Positions 42,401-51,684 of a stretch of 64,000 bases of DNA are shown one piece after another. Origin of the DNA: Escherichia coli (GTDB taxonomy: Bacteria > Pseudomonadota > Gammaproteobacteria > Enterobacterales > Enterobacteriaceae); assembly GCF_022846255.1 (NCBI RefSeq), contig NZ_AP025682.1. One strand, 5' to 3'. How positions within the stretch are numbered: position 1 is the stretch's first letter; every line of letters starts with the position of its first letter. A program made the position numbers and the translations under genes. The notes beneath the pieces are model-generated. The model was not told where the DNA came from. It made no database searches and worked only from the letters and a program-made list of their open reading frames with translations.

Positions 42401-45400
42401 CTCATACCACCAATGTCCACCCCCATCTCCATGGTCGTGGAGCAGTTCAGCACATTAACTTTGCCTGACTTAAATTGTTTTTCATTAAACTGGTTCTGCT
42501 CAGGCGTTCTCTGCGCAGAGTGTTCCTCCAGACGATACCAGCTATCTTTCAGGGCCAGTCGGTCGCTGCGAGTAGACCATAATCCTTCCTCGCGGGCATG
42601 TTGAATCAGCGCATTACTTTCCAGCCACTCCAGACGTTCTTCTCGGGCGATTTCTCCACCACCAGACAAACGCCAGTGACGTACAGGAAGCTCAGGCATT
42701 TCAATCAACACTGCTTTTTCAGGTGCAATTTCTTTGCTACCCGGCAAATACGGAGAGTATCCCAGTAACGTGACGTCTAACGCACGTCGAGTATAGGGGC
42801 AACGCCACACTTGCTTTGGACTGTAAAATTCAGCTTGTTGTTTAATATCCAGCTGATAACCCGACTCAAACTGACGTAAGCAGGGTCGAATTGCATCCCA
42901 GACCTCAATCATTAAGTGGTTAACTAACGATTTCCAGTGAGCCTGCTCAGGTTGTATTGCCGGAAAGACTGCAATTAATAGCTTAATGACCCGGTTATAA
43001 TGGCGATCGCGTATTTGTGGCCAAAGTTGATCACGTTTCTGCCCTTTGTTTTTTTTATCTGGACCCTGGAGCATTTTTACCGGGAAACGAGCCCCCATCC
43101 AGCGAGGGTATTGCTCGTTTTCGTAAAAAACGGCACTGTTTTCACGTATAAAGAAATCAAGAGTAATCTTCAATAAATTACGCCATTCCGCTAATTGCTT
43201 ATCGGGATCGGGTAATAATGTCTTCCAGTCCTGCGGGCAGGTTGTAACTTTATCAATAAATGGATAGTGAATGGCTACCAGACCCAGACTTTCGAGGGTC
43301 CAGGCATTTTTAGGGCGGCGACCAAACTCACTGTATAAACAAAAATCTGCAAACTGTTGTTTAGTAAGATCAAGCCCAGACAATTCTTTAAAACTGCCTC
43401 TCATTCTATCGGCAAGGTCCACACTGCCAACCAGCTGTTCAGACAGTGTTTGCCATGACATGGTTTTCTTCTGCTGATTGCCAGAGTTAGCCTGGAGTAT
43501 TTGCATCGCTTCAGCATGATCCGGGCTTAAGGAACTCACCATCGGCTCGATAATTTTAAGTGCCTGAATGTCCGCCGGGCTAAGCTCTTCATTAGCAACC
43601 ATCGCTTTTTTCAGCGCGTCAATAGAGTTTTTTAAAGGAAGGATAGAAAACTGGGTAATAAAACTCTCTAACAATGCGCAGTGTGCCGGGCTGAGCTTTG
43701 CTGATGGCTCATTAATATTGGCCAACTCCTGGTAACAAAGAGCTCGCAACGTCGCTTTATCGGCATCCTGCTGTAAGCGGGCAGAAATGCGGGCAGTGCC
43801 CTGACGTGAATCCGTAAAGGTGAGCAGACGTCGACCATTAAACGGTCCTAACTGCTCTTCTCTTGTCTGCGGTAATGGTGAAAACTCCAGCAGAGTAGGA
43901 ATAATTTCATTTAAAAAAAAGGGCGCGCCAAGTCGAAGCGGACGGAATAAAGGATTATTTTTTCGTTGGGTGTCACCACAGCAAACACAAGCAAAGGAAT
44001 TATTACGTCCCTCACCTCGAGATTCCGGTCTTAACAGGTTTATTTCATAGTGCTTTTGCGCTTCACTATCAATTTTCCCCGCCGTCGTTTCTTCCAGAGA
44101 AATGATATATTTTTCACCATCGATCGCAATCAGACGATCAAATTGAGAGTTATTGTCTAATTCGTCGTTGTCTTCATCTTCAGAATAAACATCTACATCA
44201 AGAGCAAATTCATCCACTTCGGCAGCGGCGGGTTGCGCTACCAACCAGTTCGTTCCATCACCGCGCACCTCCTCTTTGGCAGACAAATAAGCTGAACCAC
44301 ACCCGGAGCAACGTAAAACTTCAAATACCGGCGCACCACAGTCACAATATTGGCGCTGCTCAAACCATACCTGACCAAATGGCCAGTCACTCTGATTTAA
44401 TTCATGCGCTTTATGTGAGCATTGTTTGTTTGAACATGCCCATAGACCCGCCAGTGTTCTGATAAACCCATGCATACGTAATGGCGTAAAAGCCAGTTCA
44501 CCTTCTCGCGATCTCGCCATTAGGTCGAGGAGTTGCAGTAACTCACGGTGATTAATATCTGGCCAGGTTCTTCTGGCAACATTGAGCAACTCACTCAAAC
44601 GTACTGCCTGCCGTCCGGGATGAGTTAACGCCTGACGCAATTGCTGGGCCACACGGTAATGACAAAGCTGTTGGTAAAGATCCTGAGGGCTCAAAGATTT
44701 AAGAGAAGTTAAAGATGTGGGATATTCATGACGAATCAGCGACTCCGATACCCGCGGTATTTGTCGATAGCCGCGAACCACTTTGACATCACGTTCTGTA
44801 ACGCCCGCAAGATCAGCGACAAATTTAGCAAGCTCCTTATTACCTTCAGGAGAGTCTTCACCAATAGTGGCAGAGGTCGCGATAATCTGCACAGGTTTAT
44901 CTGTGCCAGGTCCAACATTGAAAGCCTGCATAACACGACGTAAAAGCAGCGCTAACTCAGCAGCCTGAGAACCAATATAACTATGGGCTTCATCCAGGAC
45001 GATATACTTTAACATCCCCTGAGACTTTTCGATGATTGGGGCATCTTTACGACGAATCAGCATATATTCCAGCATGGTGGTATTCGTCACCATGATGGAA
45101 GGTGGTGCTTCGTAAATGGCTTCCCGACTCAAAGCTTGTTCAGGTACTTTCAACTGATCTTCCTGAACTTCGTATTTGGTATGCCGGGTTTCGCCATTAT
45201 ATAGCGCGAAGCGTATTTTCCCCTTAAATCCGCGCGTCCATTCGCGAAGCCGCTCCTGTTGGCTGTTAATTAATGCATTTAACGGATACAAGAAAATAGC
45301 TTGTGTCCCTGTTAGTGACTGACGGGTCGATTTTTGCTGACGAATAAGATCTTCCAGAACCGGTACCATAAAGCATTCTGTTTTCCCGGATCCCGTACCG

Positions 45401-45753
45401 CTGCTCACTAACAAGGATTTTTTGTCTTCCAGAATCGTTCGCCACGCCGTAAGTTGATGACGAAATGGCACCGGCGCTTTGCTCAATGCATCAACCAGCG
45501 GGCTGGAAATTAGCTTGTCCCGCAAATCCTCCATTGTTTCATCCGCAGGCATCCAGCCGAACGTGCTTTCGAATACCGGGTCTGCAAGCAGTGACCCCTC
45601 CTGACCGGGAGGCTGGAAATATTGTGATTCCAGATAATGAGTCAACGACTTGCTCCGCAATGCCAACTGACTTACCACCGACCTCACCGCGCGCTGATGA
45701 AGCTGATTTAGAAGTGGCGCATAATGCAGTTGCTGAACGTCCATCAATGACAT
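39430..45753 (-). CDS. druE: Druantia DruE-like giant helicase (DEAD/DEAH + DUF1998), 2107 aa
   Basis: Motif I SGTGSGKTECFMVP, motif II VLDEAHSY, motif VI QRAGRAGRRG, Zn-ribbon CxxC clusters, DUF1998-like IFIYDNNAGGAGYA; 10-bp overlap with the upstream 1119-aa gene. Confidence 0.7.
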   Translation of the reverse strand: MSLMDVQQLHYAPLLNQLHQRAVRSVVSQLALRSKSLTHYLESQYFQPPGQEGSLLADPVFESTFGWMPADETMEDLRDKLISSPLVDALSKAPVPFRHQLTAWRTILEDKKSLLVSSGTGSGKTECFMVPVLEDLIRQQKSTRQSLTGTQAIFLYPLNALINSQQERLREWTRGFKGKIRFALYNGETRHTKYEVQEDQLKVPEQALSREAIYEAPPSIMVTNTTMLEYMLIRRKDAPIIEKSQGMLKYIVLDEAHSYIGSQAAELALLLRRVMQAFNVGPGTDKPVQIIATSATIGEDSPEGNKELAKFVADLAGVTERDVKVVRGYRQIPRVSESLIRHEYPTSLTSLKSLSPQDLYQQLCHYRVAQQLRQALTHPGRQAVRLSELLNVARRTWPDINHRELLQLLDLMARSREGELAFTPLRMHGFIRTLAGLWACSNKQCSHKAHELNQSDWPFGQVWFEQRQYCDCGAPVFEVLRCSGCGSAYLSAKEEVRGDGTNWLVAQPAAAEVDEFALDVDVYSEDEDNDELDNNSQFDRLIAIDGEKYIISLEETTAGKIDSEAQKHYEINLLRPESRGEGRNNSFACVCCGDTQRKNNPLFRPLRLGAPFFLNEIIPTLLEFSPLPQTREEQLGPFNGRRLLTFTDSRQGTARISARLQQDADKATLRALCYQELANINEPSAKLSPAHCALLESFITQFSILPLKNSIDALKKAMVANEELSPADIQALKIIEPMVSSLSPDHAEAMQILQANSGNQQKKTMSWQTLSEQLVGSVDLADRMRGSFKELSGLDLTKQQFADFCLYSEFGRRPKNAWTLESLGLVAIHYPFIDKVTTCPQDWKTLLPDPDKQLAEWRNLLKITLDFFIRENSAVFYENEQYPRWMGARFPVKMLQGPDKKNKGQKRDQLWPQIRDRHYNRVIKLLIAVFPAIQPEQAHWKSLVNHLMIEVWDAIRPCLRQFESGYQLDIKQQAEFYSPKQVWRCPYTRRALDVTLLGYSPYLPGSKEIAPEKAVLIEMPELPVRHWRLSGGGEIAREERLEWLESNALIQHAREEGLWSTRSDRLALKDSWYRLEEHSAQRTPEQNQFNEKQFKSGKVNVLNCSTTMEMGVDIGGMSLVAMNNVPPAPANYLQRAGRAGRRGESASAAITLCKNTAHGMEVFKAPLWAFNTTASAPRVRFGSSSIVQRHVNALVLGLFLRAEVPDATKLSCKWFFEGDESQCLRFLHWLNNQADQLADKLKRLTQGTVLMSLTATQLLTRTQAMMQQVDIRWRSQLAILLENIEALKADNSAWEETPAGKAIAYQLRDYRGAYLFSKLISEAFLPGHGFPVGVVNFNYLTADELEKRRAIKATQADPNEGGESFSRRIEKLPSRDLPTALREYAPGADVVLGGKVYRSSGIMLGKVLASGQELSGDHHIPWFWHCRKCGAGATSTTRPVECSHCKADIQQLDVKRYLQPVGFATDIRYQAHNDVSMPAQLPWKDPRVLVPSSVWVSLPDAGLGRYRFSHSGELFHFSEGEFGHGYAICLSCGRAESQNQPQRTPENLKNPERENTHYLLRGGSNDRQGSNKLCHGHVHKDLWLGYSSRTDMVELQLNDDNGLLIRDEVAARSLAVALREGLAHKLGIENTELGVTTQQARDINGYTGYSIFIYDNNAGGAGYAVQLIDHWADVFNYARKLLDCSCDKFCHHCLLSYDSQHYVNRLDRHHALTLLTNVRLQRLNLAPEYQYFGDGSRVETNPLSLRIAQCLNSEIYDSCSLVLAGPQEQWDFAQWPLFKELLQFASSGGHVELLVATPLANLTDSSRHQLSALAAMPGGRLQVKSIATAQLMQGKGRWLAQVTREGQSQQWAADDSATVAPGELWGQSASSPVVTLKGTSGKTFSGQTLSAEDLLPALPTGAVRINLCEQLDGPLEGFGSRFWSLVTQQHAGWKQAFTRHKEITHVEYSDRYLNSPFTARLLGEILTELVGQGMAERASLTVCVKKLDYNSRQHDALYNAWLNEEDRQQVVTTLLEEGYLGPAWPGAISWLTGDNQSTEHGRELTVTFSDGSQHYVLLDMGLSYWRCIEDTFFDFSLRVPQQVELLANTRARAVAPGNDLRSYIIAG

Positions 45754-48700
45754 ACTCCTGCTTGTTCAAAATAATATTGATAGATTACCCCTAATTGCTG
45801 CGGGGCTTGCTGATAGTGGAATTCAAAAAGCGCAGACAGTTGATGTATCAAGTTATTATCTTTTTGGGTTAACAGCGCTGCGACTAACATCAAATTAAAA
45901 CGTTTTTCAAGCCGTGAGTGATATTTATCTTCAATCCAAAGCTTATTAAAAACAGATTTTAACTCTGGAGTAATAGCACTAGACCAAAGTTCTTTAGGGA
46001 AGATACTGATACGCCCAAAGCTGTCGGGGTTCCTTAATAGCATCTGTTTAGCTTCATTAAACTGCTCACGACTAACAGTTGGCAAGACATTACAACCGGC
46101 TGGTAGGAGTTCGCCATATGTAAGTAACATATTCGCAATGGGAGCCAGACGACGATCGATATGTGCACGATGGTTCATAAAAGCAATAAAGGGTTGCAAT
46201 ATATGTAATGCTAATGTTTTATCGTTAATCTGTTTTTCCAGATAAGCCCAACACTTTTGAAAAACATCTTTCCAGATTGAAACGGGAATCCATCCCCATG
46301 AAAAGGGTAATTCTTCCTGTATATCATAAATCGTATCGCTATCACCAGAAAGACATGATGATATTAACAACTGAACAACTACGCGGTAATTACTCGAAAT
46401 ACCTCTGAACAAATCCAGATCCAGCAAGGATAAGCCATTATTCATTTTGTATTTCTTAATATACTCCGTTAATAAACAGCAATAATTTTGCAAAGGATTG
46501 TTATCTATTTCAAAAATTAGCTCATTAAAATATTTTTTTCGCTGTTCGGAATCCGCTTCGCATAGAGCATTAAGTAATAAATCATTTGTCTGTAATACAG
46601 GTAGCCCCCATTTAATTACTGGTGCAATGCGAGCTGTACCATCAAGTTTCCCCACAATTAACCATGGGCTATCCTGAACATTCAGAGCTGAAAGATCATA
46701 AGCAAATTCATCTTTTTTTAGCAACGATATGTGTAAGCCAGGATCCTTAAGAGAAATAGCATCAACAACCAGCTCGTCTATTCTATTTGCAGGAAAAACA
46801 ACAGAATTTTTTATATCAACCAGTAACCCTTGATCGTGTTCAATAAAACTACCATCGTAGCGTTTAATACTGAGTGTTGCTTTATCCTTTCCAAATCTGT
46901 CAGAGTAAAAATCAACACATAATGTACTATTGCTGTTCCATGCACATGCCAGCATAGCATTTAGCAAATTATAGTTCTCATAAAGTGAAATTTGTTTTAA
47001 TTTGTCATTGCATCCTGATAAAAGAGGAAGGTCGGCATGTAAATAACGGAATTTTTCAGCTACTGGATTTTCATCCAACAACTCGATATTAAGATATCCT
47101 CTTCCAGCACAAGATATGGTTAACAACTCAGCATCTATTCCATGCAAATGCGCTATAGATGCCACACCATCAAAATGAACAGAACCATCATGAGTTACAA
47201 ATCGGCCACCGCTAACCGGCTTAGGTAATAATAGTTTAAGATTAGAACCATCTTTCCAGGAGACCCGTAAATCAACGGTATTTTCCAGCATCTCCGATGA
47301 ATTATAATAAATAGCACACTCGTTTTGTGAATAATCGGACTTAAGTGTTACTTTTTCATTATTTGAATATTTGTCAATTCTAGTATCCGTTATACCAGAA
47401 AGCATTATGATGCCTTGCTGAGCACTCTCAGGTATAATATTAATATCGAAGTCTGTTGGTAAAACTACAACTTTACCGCTAAATAAAACCTCATCATTAA
47501 CTATTCGTCTGACTTCTATCTGTCCTTTTGGCATTTCTGATGCGACAGAATACCAGGCATTGTTACCTGAACGAATGGAACGCCAAAAAAGTTCTTTCTC
47601 CGGTACAATGCCATATTGCAGATCCTTTTTCCAACCGATCTTCGGCCAGGCTCGATGGACAGGATAATCCGATTTAACCAGTTCAACTTCTGTCGATTTA
47701 ATATAATATTCAATCGCAGAATCATAAAGTTGCTGGGTGCGAATTGTACAAACTGCACCATCATGTAAAACAACGCTAAATACTCCACTTATTTTAGTTA
47801 AGCTGCGTTCACTGTTTTTCAGCAACCTTGGGATATCAAACTCACCTTCTCCACTAATATCTAAATGGCTATTTTTCGGTAGCGAAATAAACAGAGCATT
47901 TAGCCTGGAACTCACAGACCCCATACCGACAAGTTTTAGCTGCGATTCACTCTCATTCATCGCTTCAAAAACCCAGGGGAGTTCTTCAGTAAGTTCATAA
48001 CCGCCTTTTGGAATTGTGTGGCCTAACAGAATTGGACCTTCATGAAGCGACAACGAGATTTCGGCCATTGCATCTGCACCAGAGAGCTTTTGCATCGCAA
48101 TAGGTAATAACTCGACCCGCCAATCTTGCTGCTCATAACGGCTTAGCATTGCCAACCTTGCCCCGCCATTTCTCCATTTTCCTGAAATGATGAGTCGGGT
48201 CTGCTCCGGCTGAATATTGCATTCAAACAAAGAGGTTAACTGTTCTGTACGCATTATGGCCGGGAATCGGAACCGGGCATCACAATACCAACTGTCATCA
48301 ACATCGACCCAGATTCTTTCAACCTGAAGACTACTTGCACTGCGTATTTCAGAAGATTGAGAAAGTAATCGCCTTACAATCTCTGCAGCATTCGCTTCGG
48401 GGAGAACGAGTGGAAGTTGAAGATGCCAGTCTGGAGAGAGCTTACGTAATGCAGAAACGGGATCACTGCTTTGAGGTGGATGCTCACTAAGTAATCGGCA
48501 GAGAGTCTCGCAGAATTCACCGGCTATTTCATAGACCAGTTCGTTTTGCATTGTGACAGGAATCGTATCGCCTAATTCTTGTGCAATTTTAGCGGCAGGA
48601 TATTGAGATGCTTGCCCACGAAGCGCCTGATATATCCTTCTGAAATAGGTAATCAAATAACCGCTCTCATTTTCAATCATGCGGATAGGTAAACCACCTT

Positions 48701-49103
48701 CACAAGCCAGTGTATGCAGATAACCCGAAGCTTGCCCCAGGTTTCTTATCTTTCTTTTCCAGTAGCGAATGCCATCATTAACCAGCTTCTGTTGATGAAC
48801 ATACGGAACTTTCCAGTCAATAGAATCTAAAATTGTGTCCCATTTAGGGTGTCCGACCGTATGAGTCCGGCGGATAAACTCTGCGGCATATATGCTAAAT
48901 AGAACATCGCTATAGGAAATGAATATCGTTCTTGGATAACTACGGGGGGCATATGTACGCAGTAGTTCTGCCAAACTTTCGTACTCTGTATCAGTACAAC
49001 GGTAAGCATATAACGCCCGTCCATCAGCTCCGGATAATGAACGGCGACTAAAAAACATGTTAAGCCATTGCAAAAGTGGGTTAACTGGAGTTTTCACAAG
49101 CAA
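45744..49103 (-). CDS. druH: Large protein without recognisable motifs, consistent with Druantia type III DruH (1119 aa)
   Basis: Assigned only by size, absence of known motifs and tight coupling upstream of the DruE-like gene. Confidence 0.5.
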   Translation of the reverse strand: MLVKTPVNPLLQWLNMFFSRRSLSGADGRALYAYRCTDTEYESLAELLRTYAPRSYPRTIFISYSDVLFSIYAAEFIRRTHTVGHPKWDTILDSIDWKVPYVHQQKLVNDGIRYWKRKIRNLGQASGYLHTLACEGGLPIRMIENESGYLITYFRRIYQALRGQASQYPAAKIAQELGDTIPVTMQNELVYEIAGEFCETLCRLLSEHPPQSSDPVSALRKLSPDWHLQLPLVLPEANAAEIVRRLLSQSSEIRSASSLQVERIWVDVDDSWYCDARFRFPAIMRTEQLTSLFECNIQPEQTRLIISGKWRNGGARLAMLSRYEQQDWRVELLPIAMQKLSGADAMAEISLSLHEGPILLGHTIPKGGYELTEELPWVFEAMNESESQLKLVGMGSVSSRLNALFISLPKNSHLDISGEGEFDIPRLLKNSERSLTKISGVFSVVLHDGAVCTIRTQQLYDSAIEYYIKSTEVELVKSDYPVHRAWPKIGWKKDLQYGIVPEKELFWRSIRSGNNAWYSVASEMPKGQIEVRRIVNDEVLFSGKVVVLPTDFDINIIPESAQQGIIMLSGITDTRIDKYSNNEKVTLKSDYSQNECAIYYNSSEMLENTVDLRVSWKDGSNLKLLLPKPVSGGRFVTHDGSVHFDGVASIAHLHGIDAELLTISCAGRGYLNIELLDENPVAEKFRYLHADLPLLSGCNDKLKQISLYENYNLLNAMLACAWNSNSTLCVDFYSDRFGKDKATLSIKRYDGSFIEHDQGLLVDIKNSVVFPANRIDELVVDAISLKDPGLHISLLKKDEFAYDLSALNVQDSPWLIVGKLDGTARIAPVIKWGLPVLQTNDLLLNALCEADSEQRKKYFNELIFEIDNNPLQNYCCLLTEYIKKYKMNNGLSLLDLDLFRGISSNYRVVVQLLISSCLSGDSDTIYDIQEELPFSWGWIPVSIWKDVFQKCWAYLEKQINDKTLALHILQPFIAFMNHRAHIDRRLAPIANMLLTYGELLPAGCNVLPTVSREQFNEAKQMLLRNPDSFGRISIFPKELWSSAITPELKSVFNKLWIEDKYHSRLEKRFNLMLVAALLTQKDNNLIHQLSALFEFHYQQAPQQLGVIYQYYFEQAGVCH

Positions 49104-49314
49104 CCTGCCTTCCTTTGATACAATTCGTAACAGGTTACTATCATCATAAAAAAGCTCAACCCGATGAACTCGCTAAAAATGAGACAAATCATTTATATCT
49201 CGAAAAAACTTGTTACAATCATGAGCGCTACACCGAACTTAACCATATAAATTATGTGTGTTTTGTTTATTTTTTAAACAATTACAACTATCCATTATTT
49301 ACACAGGTATCAAA

Positions 49315-50967
49315 ATGTTAGCGCAGCTTTTTGAGCAGTTGTTTCAATCGATAGACTCTACACTGATCACCAATATTTTCATCTGGGCTGTTATATTCGT
49401 ATTTTTATCAGCGTGGTGGTGTGACAAAAAAAATATACATAGTAAGTTTAGAGAATATGCTCCAACCTTAATGGGGGCATTAGGTATTCTGGGTACTTTC
49501 ATTGGTATTATTATTGGGTTACTCAATTTTAATACTGAAAGTATTGATACCAGCATCCCCGTATTATTAGGCGGCCTAAAAACAGCATTCATTACAAGCA
49601 TTGTAGGTATGTTTTTTGCCATTTTATTTAATGGAATGGATGCTTTCTTTTTTGCCAATAAACGAAGTGCGTTAGCAGAAAATAACCCTGAATCTGTTAC
49701 ACCTGAACATATCTATCATGAATTAAAAGAGCAGAACCAGACTCTGACTAAATTAGTCTCGGGTATTAACGGTGATAGTGAAGGTTCTCTTATTGCTCAA
49801 ATAAAATTACTACGTACTGAGATTAGCGATTCCTCGCAGGCACAATTAGCTAATCACACTCATTTCAGTAATAAGCTTTGGGAACAACTTGAACAATTTG
49901 CAGATCTAATGGCAAAAGGTGCTACAGAACAAATTATTGATGCTTTACGACAAGTCATTATTGATTTTAATGAAAATTTAACTGAACAGTTTGGTGAAAA
50001 CTTTAAAGCACTTGATGCCTCTGTAAAAAAACTTGTTGAGTGGCAGGAAAATTATAAAACGCAAGTTGAGCTGATGTCAGAACAATATCAACAAAGTGTC
50101 GAGTCTCTGGTTGAAACAAAAACTGCGGTTGCCGGGATTTGGGAAGAATGTAAAGAAATTCCTCTGGCTATGTCTGAACTGCGTGAAGTGCTTCAGGTGA
50201 ACCAACATCAAATCAGCGAACTCTCCCGCCATTTAGAAACCTTTGTCGCCATCCGCGATAAAGCTACAACCGTATTACCTGAAATACAGAACAAAATGGC
50301 TGAAGTGGGTGAACTGCTGAAATCCGGAGCTGCAAATGTTAGTGCATCTCTTGAGCAAACCAGCCAGCAAATACTTCTTAATGCAGATTCAATGCGCGTG
50401 GCCCTGGATGAAGGTACCGAAGGATTCAGACAATCGGTTACCCAAACACAACAAGCATTTGCCTCGATGGCACATGATGTCAGCAATTCCTCCGAAACTC
50501 TAACCAGCACGTTAGGTGAAACAATTACTGAAATGAAACAAAGTGGTGAAGAATTCCTGAAGTCACTAGAGTCGCACTCGAAAGAATTGCATAGAAATAT
50601 GGAACAAAATACGACTAATGTAATTGATATGTTCAGTAAGACTGGTGAAAAGATTAACCATCAACTATCCAGTAATGCCGATAATATGTTTGATTCAATC
50701 CAGACATCATTTGATAAGGCAAGTGCAGGGCTGACTTCTCAAGTCAGAGAATCAATTGAAAAATTTGCTCTATCCATCAACGAGCAGTTACATGCTTTTG
50801 AGCAAGCAACTGAACGTGAGATGAACCGTGAAATGCAATCATTAGGTAATGCTCTGCTTTCAATCAGCAAAGGTTTTGTCGGTAACTATGAAAAACTTAT
50901 TAAAGATTACCAAATAATTATGGGGCAGTTACAAGCATTAATTTCTGCTAATAAACATCGAGGGTAA
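49315..50967 (+). CDS. zorA: Zorya ZorA (MotA/ExbB-like proton-channel subunit with long coiled-coil tail), ~550 aa from MLAQLFEQ
   Basis: N-terminal transmembrane helices (IFIWAVIFVFLSAWW, LMGALGILGTFIGIIIGL, AFITSIVGMFFAILF) followed by ~400 aa of heptad-like, low-complexity helical sequence; zorB and zorE follow. Confidence 0.75.
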   Translation: MLAQLFEQLFQSIDSTLITNIFIWAVIFVFLSAWWCDKKNIHSKFREYAPTLMGALGILGTFIGIIIGLLNFNTESIDTSIPVLLGGLKTAFITSIVGMFFAILFNGMDAFFFANKRSALAENNPESVTPEHIYHELKEQNQTLTKLVSGINGDSEGSLIAQIKLLRTEISDSSQAQLANHTHFSNKLWEQLEQFADLMAKGATEQIIDALRQVIIDFNENLTEQFGENFKALDASVKKLVEWQENYKTQVELMSEQYQQSVESLVETKTAVAGIWEECKEIPLAMSELREVLQVNQHQISELSRHLETFVAIRDKATTVLPEIQNKMAEVGELLKSGAANVSASLEQTSQQILLNADSMRVALDEGTEGFRQSVTQTQQAFASMAHDVSNSSETLTSTLGETITEMKQSGEEFLKSLESHSKELHRNMEQNTTNVIDMFSKTGEKINHQLSSNADNMFDSIQTSFDKASAGLTSQVRESIEKFALSINEQLHAFEQATEREMNREMQSLGNALLSISKGFVGNYEKLIKDYQIIMGQLQALISANKHRG

Positions 50968-50973
50968 TCGATC

Positions 50974-51681
50974 ATGGATAAGATTATAGGGAAACAATTA
51001 CCTAAAAAAGATCAAGATAATGAACACTGGGTATCCATGTCAGACCTAATGGCAGGGCTGATGATGGTTTTTATGTTCATATCTATTGCTTATATGCACT
51101 ACGTACGTATTGAAAAAGAAAAAATTAAAGAAGTTGCCGTAGCCTACGAGAATGCTCAGTTACAGCTTTATAATGCTCTGGATATTGAGTTTGCAAAGGA
51201 TTTGCAAGACTGGGATGCAGAGATCGATAAGCAGACTCTGGAGGTTCGATTTAAATCACCGGATGTTTTATTTGGCTTAGGAAGCATAGAGCTTAAACCA
51301 AAGTTTAAACTCATTCTTGACGACTTCTTTCCTCGCTACCTAAAAGTTCTTGATAATTATCAAGAACATATTACTGAAGTCCGCATTGAAGGTCACACAA
51401 GTACTGACTGGACTGGAACAACGAATCCTGATATTGCTTATTTTAATAATATGGCACTATCACAAGGTCGTACACGTGCAGTATTACAATACGTTTATGA
51501 TATAAAAAATATCGCGACACACCAACAATGGGTTAAAAGTAAATTTGCCGCAGTAGGTTATTCATCTGCACATCCCATTCTTGATAAAACCGGCAAGGAG
51601 GATCCTAATCGCTCTCGTCGTGTCACCTTCAAAGTTGTAACAAATGCCGAGTTGCAGATTAGAAAGATTATTCAGGAGTAA
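50974..51681 (+). CDS. zorB: Zorya ZorB (MotB-like with OmpA-type peptidoglycan-binding domain), 235 aa
   Basis: Single N-terminal TM helix (LMAGLMMVFMFISIAYM) and OmpA/MotB-like C-terminal domain (RIEGHTSTDW..., ...LSQGRTRAV..., RRVTF). Confidence 0.8.
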   Translation: MDKIIGKQLPKKDQDNEHWVSMSDLMAGLMMVFMFISIAYMHYVRIEKEKIKEVAVAYENAQLQLYNALDIEFAKDLQDWDAEIDKQTLEVRFKSPDVLFGLGSIELKPKFKLILDDFFPRYLKVLDNYQEHITEVRIEGHTSTDWTGTTNPDIAYFNNMALSQGRTRAVLQYVYDIKNIATHQQWVKSKFAAVGYSSAHPILDKTGKEDPNRSRRVTFKVVTNAELQIRKIIQE

Positions 51682-51684
51682 GAG

